A DNA stretch of 64,000 nt from Macrostomum lignano. Lineage: Eukaryota. Below, in pieces: positions 13,566 to 27,325 of the stretch (positions are counted from its first letter, which is position 1; every line of letters begins with the position of its first letter). Position numbers and translations under genes: made by a program. Location of the stretch: the NCBI GenBank assembly GCA_002269645.1, contig NIVC01000028.1, positions 248,001-312,000 on the forward strand, read 5' to 3'. The notes under the pieces are model-generated. The model was not told the origin of the DNA. It did no database searches and was given only the letters and a program-made list of their open reading frames with translations.

Positions 13566-13646
13566 AGAGATAGCCGGATGCAAACAGACTGGAATGCTAA
13601 TGTAGCGACCTTGGTTCGAATCTTAGTGGTGAAAAATGTTTTTTTT
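13566..13646 (+). promoter_or_regulatory. tRNA-like Pol III cassette in family C
   Basis: TAGCCGGATGC (13571), GGTTCGAATC (13613) and a T8 run at 13639-13646. Confidence 0.5.
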
Positions 13647-13674
13647 ATTAAAACACGTTAAAAAACACAAAATT

Positions 13675-15950
13675 CTCAACATTAAAGAGCCACCATGTCG
13701 AAACATTAAAGAGCCACCATTTCAAACATTAAAGAGCCACAATGTCAAACATTAAAGAGCCACCATGTCGAACATAAAAGAGCCACCATATCAAACATAC
13801 AAGAGTTACCATTTCAAACCTAAAAGAGCCACCATGTCGAACATTAAAAAGCCACCATGTCAAACATTAAAGAGCCACAATGGCAAACATTAAAGAGACA
13901 CCATTTCAAACCTAAAAGAGTTACCATGTCAAACATTAAAGAGCCGCCAGGTCAAACATAAAACAGACACCATTAAGAACATTAAAGAGCCACCATGTCG
14001 AACATTAAAGAGCCACCATGTCAAACATAAAACAGCCACCATTTCGAAAATTAAAGAGCCACCATTTTAAACATTAAAGAGCCACCTTGTCAAATATTAA
14101 AGAGCCACAATGTCAAACATTAAAGAGCCACCTTATCAAACATTAAAGAGCCACCATGTCAAACATTAAAGAGCCACCATGTAAAACATTAAAGAGCCAC
14201 CATGTCGAACATAAAAGAGGTACCATGTCAAACATTAAAGACCCACCAGGTCAAACATGAAAGTGCCACCATGTCAAATATTAAAAAGCCACCATGTCAA
14301 ACATTAAAGAGCCACCAGGTCAAACATGAAAGTGCCACCAGGTCAAACATATACATGACTCCATGTCAAACATTAAAGAGCCACCATGTCGAACATAAAA
14401 GGGCCACCATGTCAAATATTAAAGAGCCACCATGTCAAACATTAAAGAGCCACCAGGTCAAACATGAAAGTGCCACCATGTAAAACATTAAAGAGCCACC
14501 ATGTCAAACATTAAAGAGCCACCAGGTCAAACATATACATGACTCCATGTCAAACATTAAAGAGCCACCATGTCGAACATAAAAGGGCCACCATGTCAAA
14601 TATTAAAGAGCCACCATGTCAAACATTAAAGAGCCACCAGGTCAAACATGAAAGTGCCACCATGTAAAACATTAAAGAGCCACCATGTCGAACATTTAAG
14701 AAGCACCATGTCAAACATAAAATAGCCACCATGTGAAACATATAGGTGACTCCATGTAAAACATTAAAGAGCTACCATACCAGACATATACATGACTCCA
14801 TGTCAAACATATACGTGACTCCATGTTAGACATTTAAGAGCCACCATGTCGAACATTAAAGAGCCAACGTGTTAAAAATACAAGAGCCACCAGGTCAAAC
14901 ATATATATGACTCCATGTCAAACATTAAAGAGCCACCATGTCGAACATAAAAGGGCCACCATGTCAAATATTAAAGAGCCACCATGTCAAACATTTAAGA
15001 GCCACCATGTCAAACATATACATGACTCTATGTCAAACGTTAAAGAGACACCATGTCAAACATTACAGAGCCACCATGTCAAACATTTAAGAGCCACCAG
15101 GTCAAACATGAAAGTGCCACCATGTAAAACATTAAAGAGCCACCATGTCAAACATATACGTAACTCCATGTCAAACATTGAAGAGACCCCATGTCAAACA
15201 TTAAAGAGCCACCACGTCGAACATAAAAGAGCCACCATGTAAAACATATACGTAACTCCATGTCAAACATTGAAGCGACACCATGTCGAACATAAAAGAG
15301 CCACCATGTCGAACATTAAAGAGCCACCATGTCGAACATAAAAGAGCTACCATGTCAAACATTAAAGAGCCACCATGTTAAACATAAAAGAGCCATCATG
15401 TCAAACATATAAGTGACTTTATGTCGAACATTAAAGAGCCACCATGTCTAACATTAAAGAGCCACCATGTCCAACATTAAAGAGCCACCATGTCAAAAAT
15501 TAAAGAGCCACCATGTCTATCATTAAAGAGCCATCATGTCAAACATTAAAGAGCTACTTTGTCTAACATTAAAGAGCCACCATGTCAAACATTAAAGAGC
15601 TACTTTGTCTAACATTAAAGAGCCACCATGTCAAACATTAAAGAGCCACCATGTCAAACATTAAAGAGCCACCATGTCAAACATAAAAGAGCCACCTTTT
15701 TGAACATTAAAAAGCCACTTTGTAAAACATAGAAGAGCCCCCATGTCAAACATAGAAGAGCCCCATGTCAAACATAGAAGAGCCCCATGTCAAACATAGA
15801 AGAGCCCCATGTCAAACATAGAAGAGCCCCCATGTCAAACATAGAAGAGCCCCCATGTCAAACATAGAAGAGCCACTATGTCAGACATTGAAAAGCCACC
15901 GTATCAAACATAAAAGAGTTACCATGTACGAGCGTAGAACATAAAAGAGC
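13675..15950 (+). repeat. 23-bp satellite (AAACATTAAAGAGCCACCATGTC) in family C
   Basis: About 100 degenerate tandem units. Confidence 0.95.
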
Positions 15951-16059
15951 CACCCTGTTAAACATAAAAAGATACACAATTTCAAACGTAAAAGTAAGCG
16001 AATTTTAAAGGAGCCGCTATAATGCTAAGGAAATTGTCGCACTAGCTACTTATTGTCTG

Positions 16060-16470
16060 GTGGATGCTTGCTATTTGGGGATGCTATCTATCTTGGGGAT
16101 GCTTGCTATCTGGGGGATGCTTGCTATCTGGGGGATGCTTGCTATCTGGGGGATGCTTGCTATCTGGGGGATGCTTGCTATCTGGGGATGCTTGCTATCT
16201 GGGGATGCTTGCTATCTGGGGGATGCTTGCTATCTGGGGGATGCTTGCTTTCTGGGGGATGCTTGCTATCTGGGGGATGCTTGCTATCTGGGGGATGCTT
16301 GCTATCTGGGGGATGCTTGCTATCTGAGGGATGCTTGCTATCTTGGGGATGCTTGCTATCTGGGGGATGCTTGCAATCTGGGGGATGCTTGCTATCTGGG
16401 GGATGCTTGCCATCTTGGGGATGCTTGCTATCTAGGGGATGCTTGCTATCTGGGGGATGCTTGCAGTCTT
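16060..16470 (+). repeat. 18-bp minisatellite (GGGGGATGCTTGCTATCT)
   Basis: Tandem units. Related decayed units occur at 27455-27850 in family D. Confidence 0.95.
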
Positions 16471-17498
16471 GGGATGATTTCTTTTTGCAATGCACTTCAT
16501 TTGAGCAGTTTGTCTGTTGTCTTTTTGAAGGATTTTTGGCTGTCTTTTTGTTACTTTAGAAAACAGAGATTCTATCCAGATGTCCCCCATCGGGGGGCGA
16601 AGATTGCTAGTCTAAATATACTAAATCTCTAAGGTTTTCTAAATATACTAAATCTCTAAGGTTTGTATGTTTGAATGCTTGTCCATAACGCTCTAGAGAC
16701 TGCAATTCTCGACCGATTTTGATCGCGTTTTCGCCAAAAGATTCGTAATCAGCCTGGGATTGTATGGTTAAAATTTCTTGTATCTGCTTCAATGCTAAAG
16801 GGATTAAATATTCGAAAAACGGTTTTAAATGGGCAAATTCAATGTATTTTTTATCAAACTGCTCGCAGCGATAGAATTCACAGCCAATTTTAATGATTGC
16901 GCCAGAGCCAACTGATCAGAAAACTCAGTGAGCCCCACTGCCCAGATAATTACTTTATTTAAATTGCGCAACCATACCAGGGGTCAAAAATAAAATTACT
17001 CTGAATGCTGGGCATATTCTAAAACTCTAATCTATGTCCATGTAAAACGCTCTACAGACTGCAATTCTTGACCAATTTTGATCGCGTTTTCGCCAAAACA
17101 TTCAAAATTGTCTGAAAAGAAGACAGTTAAAATTTCTTGTAGGTGCTTTAATGTTAAAGGTATTAAATATTCGAAAAACGAGCTTTTCGAATGCTTTTAA
17201 TAAAAGGCCAAGCAAGGTTGAATTCTTGACTGGCTGAATTTTCATTCTAATTATAATTGCGCCACAACTGCGTTCTGCATATTCTCGCTATAAACTGACT
17301 CTGAGCTTTTTAGGTGGACGCAGTGTGCCAAGAATTGCGCAAGCATTTAACTGCTCAGTGGCTGTGTGTGCATTCTTCTGACCCTGGCTGAATGGCTCCG
17401 TCAGAACCAAACCTGAGCACACTGAGCATGCCTAACACTGCTATGTATTTGACTGCAATGTCGAAGCATATATGGCTGATTTTTGCGCCCTTCCATCA

Positions 17499-17577
17499 GT
17501 AGGCGGAATAGCCGCAGTGTAGGCACTAGGACTAGGTTTAGGCTAGGCGTAAGGTCCCAGGTTCGAGTCCACCTACT
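17499..17577 (+). promoter_or_regulatory. tRNA-like Pol III cassette in family B (mirror copy at about 9672-9752, minus strand)
   Basis: TAGCCGCAGTG (17509) and GGTTCGAGTCC (17560). The flanks AGTAGGC and ACCTACT can pair like an acceptor stem. Confidence 0.55.
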
Positions 17578-19030
17578 CGGTGGATAATTAAAACAAATTA
17601 ATTCATTCATTTGTAGCTTGTGACTCGACTGAATATAACATATTTTTTATTAATTTTAATTCCAACATTTTTTTATTAATGCAAATTAATTTTTGCTACT
17701 TGGCACAAGCCACTTACCAAATTTGATTTTAAAAAACTGCTTCGTGTATTACTGATCCCATCAATGAGTACTGCCTAGCTCCATGAAAGTATGAAATTGC
17801 TATTAAACTGCAGACTTTTCTGCTAAAATTGGTTATAAGTATTGCTAAATTTTGAGCTTTTTAAGAATGCCGATATGAATTGAAAATTGATTAGTGAGCC
17901 GTAAAATGCTGAGCACATTTTTATATTATTGGAGATGAGAACTGCAGATGCTGAGGGGAACTGCAGATTGTCGAAGCTATCATTCATGCACAGTGGATAC
18001 TTGCAGGCTGCTAAGAGTATGACTGCAGTCTGTTTGCGGGATTAGAAGTGATAGCTAATTTCAGGTTGTTGTGGAGATAACTGCCGATTTCTGGGGGAGG
18101 GGTTAACTTCAAACTGCTGAAGTTACTAAACCTCTTGAATAGTATAAGGCTTTTAGTAGAAGGTCGGAAGCTCGAGTCTACATTGGAGCAGCGAATTTAT
18201 CTTTGTGACAATAATCATTGTTTTTTATGAGGATTCATGCCAATTTTTCACATTTTAATTTTGTAGATACTTTTGCTGGGGCTACGCTAAGCTTTAAGAG
18301 CAGCGCTAATCGGGGAGAGCAGTGCTAATCTGATGTACAAAATAAAATAATAAATATGTAAGGGGATTACAAATCAACTTTAACCTGCAAGTTGCAAAAA
18401 CATTTCCAATTGTTTCGATTATCCAGAAGAAACATGGCCATAGGCAAATATTAGTGCTGTGCTGGTGAAGCATTGCTGAAATGGTGGTGAACCATTGCTG
18501 AAATGCTGGTGAACCATTACTAAACTGCAGAAAGCTATTGTGAATTGTATTATTTTAATACAAACTTCTTTTAGAAAGAAGAAAATGCAACGCAAGAAAA
18601 AGCGAACAAGAATCATCATGTTAATCATAAAAGAAGCGCTCTGTCGAATGTAAAAGTCTCATAGGCAATTGTGAAGACTGTTAAGATCGCTAAGACTATT
18701 GCTACGAGCACAATGCTGCTATGACAAATTGCTGTGATATCAAGACTCATGGGAGAATTTATAAGATCTCAAGACTCAAGGGGAATTGCTATAATTACGA
18801 GTGTATGTCATTCTGGAGAGAATTTCTTTGATTTCAAGGTTCATTTGTCAAACTTCTGGGGTATCAAGGCTCATTAAAAATGCTTTGCTGTCAAGGCCTA
18901 TACGCTCGTAGAGATAACTACTGGAATGCTGTGGCTGTTTTCGGAATTGCCGACATTGTTAGGGTAAGAGTAAGGCGTAAACCATAAATGAATTGGCCTT
19001 TCAAACGTAAGACTCATCGAGGAATGTCAT

Positions 19031-22000
19031 AGCTCATGGGGATATCTGAATTATACTGTGGCTCAAGGAGCTCATGGGGGATATCTGAATTGTACTGTGG
19101 CTCAAGGAGCTCATGGGGGATATCTGAATTATACTGTGGCTCAAGGAGCTCATGGGGGATATCTGAATTATACTGTGGCTCAAGGAGCTCATGGGGGATA
19201 TCTGAATTATACTGTGGCTCAAGGAGCTCATGGGGGATATCTGAATTATACTGTGGCTCAAGGAGCTCATGGGGGATATCTGAATTATACTGTGGCTCAA
19301 GGAGCTCATGGGGGATATCTGAATTATACTGTGGCTCAAGGAGCTCATGGGGGATATCTGAATTATACTGTGGCTCAAGGAGCTCATGGGGGATATCTGA
19401 ATTATACTGTGGCTCAAGGAGCTCATGGGGGATATCTGAATTATACTGTGGCTCAAGGAGCTCATGGGGGATATCTGAATTATACTGTGGCTCAAGGAGC
19501 TCATGGGGGATATCTGAATTATACTGTGGCTCAAGGAGCTCATGGGGGATATCTGAATTATACTGTGGCTCAAGGAGCTCATGGGGGATATCTGAATTAT
19601 ACTGTGGCTCAAGGAGCTCATGGGGGATATCTGAATTATACTGTGGCTCAAGGAGCTCATGGGGGATATCTGAATTATACTGTGGCTCAAGGAGCTCATG
19701 GGGGATATCTGAATTATACTGTGGCTCAAGGAGCTCATGGGGGATATCTGAATTATACTGTGGCTCAAGGAGCTCATGGGGGATATCTGAATTATACTGT
19801 GGCTCAAGGAGCTCATGGGGGATATCTGAATTATACTGTGGCTCAAGGAGCTCATGGGGGATATCTGAATTATACTGTGGCTCAAGGAGCTCATGGGGGA
19901 TATCTGAATTATACTGTGGCTCAAGGAGCTCATGGGGGATATCTGAATTATACTGTGGCTCAAGGAGCTCATGGGGGATATCTGAATTATACTGTGGCTC
20001 AAGGAGCTCATGGGGGATATCTGAATTATACTGTGGCTCAAGGAGCTCATGGGGGATATCTGAATTATACTGTGGCTCAAGGAGCTCATGGGGGATATCT
20101 GAATTATACTGTGGCTCAAGGAGCTCATGGGGGATATCTGAATTATACTGTGGCTCAAGGAGCTCATGGGGGATATCTGAATTATACTGTGGCTCAAGGA
20201 GCTCATGGGGGATATCTGAATTATACTGTGGCTCAAGGAGCTCATGGGGGATATCTGAATTATACTGTGGCTCAAGGAGCTCATGGGGGATATCTGAATT
20301 ATACTGTGGCTCAAGGAGCTCATGGGGGATATCTGAATTATACTGTGGCTCAAGGAGCTCATGGGGGATATCTGAATTATACTGTGGCTCAAGGAGCTCA
20401 TGGGGATATCTGAATTATACTGTGGCTCAAGGAGCTCATGGGGGATATCTGAATTATACTGTGGCTCAAGGAGCTCATGGGGGATATCTGAATTATACTG
20501 TGGCTCAAGGAGCTCATGGGGATATCTGAATTATACTGTGGCTCAAGGAGCTCATGGGGGATATCTGAATTATACTGTGGCTCAAGGAGCTCATGGGGAT
20601 ATCTGAATTATACTGTGGCTCAAGGAGCTCATGGGGGATATCTGAATTATACTGTGGCTCAAGGAGCTCATGGGGGATATCTGAATTATACTGTGGCTCA
20701 AGGAGCTCATGGGGGATATCTGAATTATACTGTGGCTCAAGGAGCTCATGGGGGATATCTGAATTATACTGTGGCTCAAGGAGCTCATGGGGGATATCTG
20801 AATTATACTGTGGCTCAAGGAGCTCATGGGGGATATCTGAATTATACTGTGGCTCAAGGAGCTCATGGGGGATATCTGAATTATACTGTGGCTCAAGGAG
20901 CTCATGGGGGATATCTGAATTATACTGTGGCTCAAGGAGCTCATGGGGGATATCTGAATTATACTGTGGCTCAAGGAGCTCATGGGGGATATCTGAATTA
21001 TACTGTGGCTCAAGGAGCTCATGGGGGATATCTGAATTATACTGTGGCTCAAGGAGCTCATGGGGGATATCTGAATTATACTGTGGCTCAAGGAGCTCAT
21101 GGGGGATATCTGAATTATACTGTGGCTCAAGGAGCTCATGGGGGATATCTGAATTATACTGTGGCTCAAGGAGCTCATGGGGGATATCTGAATTATACTG
21201 TGGCTCAAGGAGCTCATGGGGGATATCTGAATTATACTGTGGCTCAAGGAGCTCATGGGGGATATCTGAATTATACTGTGGCTCAAGGAGCTCATGGGGG
21301 ATATCTGAATTATACTGTGGCTCAAGGAGCTCATGGGGGATATCTGAATTATACTGTGGCTCAAGGAGCTCATGGGGGATATCTGAATTATACTGTGGCT
21401 CAAGGAGCTCATGGGGGATATCTGAATTATACTGTGGCTCAAGGAGCTCATGGGGGATATCTGAATTATACTGTGGCTCAAGGAGCTCATGGGGGATATC
21501 TGAATTATACTGTGGCTCAAGGAGCTCATGGGGGATATCTGAATTATACTGTGGCTCAAGGAGCTCATGGGGGATATCTGAATTATACTGTGGCTCAAGG
21601 AGCTCATGGGGGATATCTGAATTATACTGTGGCTCAAGGAGCTCATGGGGGATATCTGAATTATACTGTGGCTCAAGGAGCTCATGGGGGATATCTGAAT
21701 TATACTGTGGCTCAAGGAGCTCATGGGGATATCTGAATTATACTGTGGCTCAAGGAGCTCATGGGGGATATCTGAATTATACTGTGGCTCAAGGAGCTCA
21801 TGGGGGATATCTGAATTATACTGTGGCTCAAGGAGCTCATGGGGGATATCTGAATTATACTGTGGCTCAAGGAGCTCATGGGGGATATCTGAATTATACT
21901 GTGGCTCAAGGAGCTCATGGGGGATATCTGAATTATACTGTGGCTCAAGGAGCTCATGGGGGATATCTGAATTATACTGTGGCTCAAGGAGCTCATGGGG

Positions 22001-22220
22001 GATATCTGAATTATACTGTGGCTCAAGGAGCTCATGGGGGATATCTGAATTATACTGTGGCTCAAGGAGCTCATGGGGATATCTGAATTATACTGTGGCT
22101 CAAGGAGCTCATGGGGGATATCTGAATTATACTGTGGCTCAAGGAGCTCATGGGGATATCTGAATTATACTGTGGCTCAAGGAGCTCATGGGGGATATCT
22201 GAATTATACTGTGGCTCAAG
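19031..22220 (+). repeat. 39-bp satellite (AGCTCATGGGGGATATCTGAATTATACTGTGGCTCAAGG), about 82 nearly identical units
   Basis: Perfect tandem array. The only variants seen are G5-to-G4 units and one A>G substitution. Confidence 0.98.
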
Positions 22221-24715
22221 GCTCAACAGGAATTGCTGTGATCGCAATACATGTGAATGTGGCCAAAATTTATGGCTCAAATAGGAGTTTCTAAGATGTC
22301 AAAGCTTACGGTGGGATTCCTGTAATGCTTTAGGCTGTGACTCTGCTGAGATGCTAAGATTCACAGGGAAATGACCGGGATTTCAAAGGCTTCTAAAGGA
22401 AATAGCTGAAATTCACTAAATGTCAAGGTTCATTAGGTAATTGCTAAAATGCAAGTGCCAAAATATCAAAAGGATAGTCGCTCAATTTTCAGGCTCATGG
22501 GGAAATTGCTAACATTTCCAAAGCTCATTGGGGAATTGCTGAAATCCGGCTGCAGGTTAAGGGTTATGGTTTTGGTTCAGTTATAGAGCGATCGTCGTGT
22601 CAATCATTAATGATTCATCGAGGAATTGCTAAGATTAAATGCTTTTGGGGCGAATTACTTAAATGCTTTGGCTCTACGAGGAGTTGCTGACAGGTCAAGG
22701 CTTTCGGTAAAATTCAGGTTACAAAGCTTATAACTGAGGAGGTTACCTTAATGCTGAGACTCAAGGCTCATGGTGGAAATTGCTAACATGCCAAGACTTA
22801 CTTCTGCGTTAGGGTTAGGGCTTAGGTGAGTTTTGGTTCCATCTTAGATTAACGGCTGTCAACCATCAATTAAAGACTTGCTAAGATATCAAAGCTCATG
22901 GGGGAATCGCTGAGTTACAAGGCTCATAAAGAAACTGCTGAATTATCAAGGCTTATAAGGGGATTGCTGAATTCTTGGGAGAGGAGAGTAGGGTTGTTGG
23001 GATGTCAAGGCATACTGCGCTGGAAGACTTGCGTAGATGTCGAGGCTTGAGTTTAATTGCTGCGATGTCGAGGCTTAATGAGGGAACTGCTGAGACACCA
23101 AGGCTTTCTGGAGGAATTCTGAGATTTCAAGGCTTACTGGGGGAATTGCTGAATGGTTGAGATGTCAAGGCTTACTGGGGGATTGCTGAGATATCAAGGC
23201 TTACTGAGGGAATTGCTGATATGTCGAGGCTTACGAGGGGAATTGCTGAGGTGTCAAGGCTTACTGGGGGAATTGCTGAGATGTCAAGTCCTACTGGGAA
23301 TGGCTAAGATTTCAATGCTTACTGGGGGAATTACTGAGATGTCAAAGCTTACACTGGGAATTGCTGAGATCTCAGAGCATACTGAGGGAATTTCTGAGAT
23401 GTCAAGGCTTACTGGGGGAATTACTGAGATGTCAAAGCTTACTGGGGAATTGCTGAGATCTCAGAGCTTACGGGGCTAATTGCTGAGATCTCAAGGCTTT
23501 ACTGGGGCAGTTGCTGAGATTTTAAGGCTTACTGGGGGAATTTCTGAGAGCTCAAGGCTTACTGGGGGAATTGCTGAGATCTCAGAGCTTACGGGGGAAT
23601 TGCTGAGAAGTTAAGGCTTACTGGGGGAATGGCTGAGATGTCAAGGCTCATGGACGATGGCTGAATTGTTGGAGGGAGGGGGGTTAGTTTGTTAGGCGAT
23701 TGTCAGATAGTCACGTTGTACAGCTCAAGTAGCTCATGTGTCATGTAATTCAGATAATGAAATAGTACACACAAGTGATGCTGATTTCTGCTAATAGGAT
23801 ATACCAGTGCATTCATTAAAGCTTTGATTCTTTGATTTAGGCTAATATAGAGAGAGGGTCTAAGACCATCCAGGATTTGCATATTGAGCTCCTTCCAGTG
23901 ACGATATTCAGTAATAGTTTGTGCTTGAAAGGATAAGCACTATTTGCTGATTTAGAAAGGGTTTTGGGCTGATGAAGGAAACTGTTTTGGCTGATGAAAG
24001 TTCTGATTCATGGATGTTTATTTTTGCCGAAATGAGAAAAGGTAATTTTTGATTTATGGAAAACAACATTTTGGATACTTATAGTAAGGTTACTCTTGTG
24101 CCAAAATAAAAACCAATTGGTGTCATTTTCAAGGCTCCCCAGCGGGGGGCTAAATGGCTAGTCTAATATACTAAAAATGAAATGCTTGGTTGCTTGCTTG
24201 TAATTATATGTGTGTGTGATCGATTTTAGCAAAAATGGCTCAACCGATTTTGTTCAAACTTGCACCATTCGATCAGAAATTTTTCCGTGACAGTACATGC
24301 ATCGTGGCTAAGAAATTGCTTGATGCTAAAGGGATTAAATATTCGAAAAACATGCTTTTTTGCAAAGGTCAAGCAGCTCTTTCGACTTGAAATGCATCGT
24401 GAGAATGCTAGCAGAAAAACTGACTGGTTGAATTCTGATTCTGAAATAGATTGCATCACAATACACTTTATTTATCGTCTGTGTACTGGCTGAATTTGAC
24501 ACTCAATTGAATTGCGTCACAGCTTTGAGTGTGAAAGCATAGCGTAGTACTGAATTTATATTACGTAACCATATTGTAAACTTTCATAGACACTGGTACT
24601 GACTTGCCTAAGAAATTGATTATGTCATAACTGCTTCGTGAGACTTTTTACTCTACCTGACTTGGTGTGAGTGTTGAATTATATAAGTGGTACAACATCA
24701 CTGATAACTTCGATG

Positions 24716-24807
24716 AGAGCTAGCCTAGAGCTGAACAGACCAGACTGCTAATGCAGCGACCTAGGTTCGAATCTAAGTAGTTTAAAAGTAGTAGTGTAAA
24801 TTTTTTT
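24716..24807 (+). promoter_or_regulatory. tRNA-like RNA Pol III type-2 promoter cassette in family D
   Basis: A-box-like TAGCCTAGAGC (24721), B-box GGTTCGAATC (24764) at tRNA-like spacing, and a T7 run at 24801-24807. Confidence 0.55.
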
Positions 24808-24854
24808 ATTAAAAGGTTTTATTAAAGGACTAAATAAAAACACTTAGATTACTG

Positions 24855-27325
24855 CACTCGATAAGCCAAGGATTATTGCTATTAATAAACCAAGGACTAC
24901 TGCACTCGATAAACCAAGGACTATTGCTCTTGGCAAACCAAGGATTACTGCACTCAAGAAGCCAAGGATTATTGCTATTAATAAACCAAGGATTACTGCA
25001 CTTGGAAAACCAAGGATTACTGCACTCGATAAACCAAGGACTATTGCTCTTGGCAAACCAAGGATTACTGCACTCAAGAAGCCAAGGATTATTGCACTTG
25101 GAAAACCAAGGATTACTGCACTCGATAAACCAAGGACTATTGCTCTTGGCAAACCAAGGATTACTGCACTCAAGAAGCCAAGGATTATTGCTATTAATAA
25201 ACCAAGGATTACTGCACTTGGAAAACCAAGGATTACTGCACTCGATAAACCAAGGACTATTGCTCTTGGCAAACCAAGGATTACTGCACTCAAGAAGCCA
25301 AGGATTATTGCACTTGGAAAACCAAGGATTACTGCACTCGATAAACCAAGGACTATTGCACTTGATAAACCAAGGAATATTGCACTTGATAGGCCAAGGA
25401 TTACTGCACTTGATAAACCAAGGATTATTGCACTTGATAGGCCAAAGATTACTGCGCTTGATAAACCAAGGATTATTGCACTTGATAAACCAAGGATTAT
25501 TGCACTTGATAAGCCAAGGATTACTGCGCTTGATAAACCAAGGATTATTGCACTTGATAAACAAAGGATTATTGCACTTGATAAACAAAGGATTATTGCA
25601 CTTGATAAACCAAGGATTATTGCACTTGATAAACCAAGGATTATTGCACTTGATAAGCCAAGGATTATTGCACTTGATAAGCCATGGATTATTGCACTTA
25701 ATAGTAAAGAATGTTGCACTTGATAAGCCAAGGATTAATGCACTGGATTATTCAAGGATTATTGATATTAATAAACCAAGGACTACTCCACTCGATAAAC
25801 CAAGGATTATTGCTCTTAATAAACCAAGGATTAATGCACTTGGAAAACTAAGGATTACTGCACTCGATAAACCAAAGACTATTGCACTTGATAAACCAAG
25901 GATTATTGCACTTGATAGGCCAAGGATTACTGCACTTGATAAACCAAGGATTATTGCACTTGATAGGCCAAAAATTACTGCGCTTGATAAACCAAGGATT
26001 ATTGCACTTGATAAACCAAGGATTATTGCACTTGATAAGCCAAGGATTATTGCACTTGATAAACCAATGATTATTGCAGTTGATAAGCCAAGGATTATTG
26101 CATCTGATAAACCAAAGATTATTGCACTTGATAAACCAAGGATTATTGCACTTGATAAACAAAGGATTATTGCACTTGATAGGCCAAAGATTACTGCGCT
26201 TGATAAACCAAGGATTATTGCACTTGATAAACCAAGGATTATTGCACTTGATAAGCCAAGGATTATTGCACTTGATAAACCAAGGATTATTGCAGTTGAT
26301 AAGCCAAAAATTATTGCATCTGATAAACCAAGGATTATTGCACTTGATAAACCAAGGATTATTGCACTTGATAAACAAGGATTATTGCACTTGATAAACC
26401 AAGGATTATTGCTCTTGGCAAACCAAGGATTACTGCACTCGCTAAGCCAAGGATTATTGCTCTTAATAAACCAAGGATTACTGCACTTGGAAAACTAAGG
26501 ATTACTGCACTCGATAAACTAAGGATTATTGCTCTTGGCAAACCAAGGATTATTGCACTTGATAGGCCAAGGATTACTGCACTTGATAAACCAAGGATTA
26601 TTGCACTTGATAAACCAAGGATTATTGCACTTGATAAGCCAAGGATTATTGCACTTGATAGGCCAAGGATTACTGCGCTTGATAAACCAAGGATTATTGC
26701 ACTTGATAAACCAAGGATTATTGCAGTTGATAAGCCAAGGATTATTGCACTTGATAAACCAAGGATTATTACACTTGATAAACCAAGGATTATTGCACTT
26801 GATAAACCAAGGATTATTGCACTTGATAGGCCAAGGATTACTGCACTTGATAAACCAAGGATTATTGCACTTGATAGGCCAAAGATTACTGCGCTTGATA
26901 AACCAAGGATTATTGCAGTTGATAAGCCAAGGATTATTGCACTTGATAAACCAAGGATTATTTCACTTGATAAACCAAGGATTATTGCACTTGATAAACA
27001 AATATTGCACTTGATAAACCAAGGATTATTGCACCTGATAAGCCAAGGATTACTGCGCTAGATAAACCAAGGATTATTGCACTTAATAAACCAAGGATTA
27101 TTGCACTTAATAAACCAAGGATTATTGCACTTGATAAACCAAGGATTATTGCACTTGATAAACAAAGGATTATTGCACTTGATAAACCAAGGATTATTGC
27201 ACTTTATAAGCCAAAGATTACTGCACTTGATAAACCAAGGATTATTGCACTTGATAAACCAAGGATTATTGCACTTGATTAATCAAGGATTATTGCTATT
27301 AATAAACCAAGGATTATTGCACTAG
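24855..27325 (+). repeat. 24-bp satellite (CCAAGGATTATTGCACTTGATAAA) in family D
   Basis: About 100 tandem units, with higher-order blocks near the start. Confidence 0.95.

Larger units (their letters stand above)
13092..16610 (+). mobile_element. Helitron family C (about 3.5 kb)
   Basis: 5' TCCTATATACTAAAAATG, A-like core, a 23-bp and an 18-bp satellite, and 3' CCCCC-ATC-GGGGG...GATTGCTAG (CTAG at 16607-16610). Confidence 0.8.
16611..24161 (+). mobile_element. Helitron family B, second copy (about 7.55 kb)
   Basis: 5' TCTAAATATACTAAATC and 3' CCCCAGCGGGGGGCTAAATGGCTAG (CTAG at 24158-24161). Carries an extra segment of about 3.5 kb, containing the 39-bp array, that is absent from the other B copy. 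Confidence 0.85.

Noticed and set aside
17499-17577. Functional tRNA gene
   Set aside because: The anticodon and T stems do not pair properly and the two copies differ in the acceptor stem, so it is kept only as a tRNA-derived promoter cassette.
19031-22220. CRISPR-like array
   Set aside because: The units are contiguous and identical with no unique spacers, no cas genes are present, and the context is eukaryotic.
19034-22294. ORFs of 377-497 aa on both strands (GISELYCGSRSSW, YLNYTVAQGAHGG and SSLSHSIIQISPM repeats)
   Set aside because: They arise from a stop-free 39-bp (13-codon) satellite open in several frames, with no unique coding flanks or splice context.
24830-27325. Leucine-rich-repeat-like ORFs (INQGLLHL, ALDKPRII), up to 540 aa
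   Set aside because: These are translations of a 24-bp satellite inside a Helitron and are open in multiple frames on both strands.
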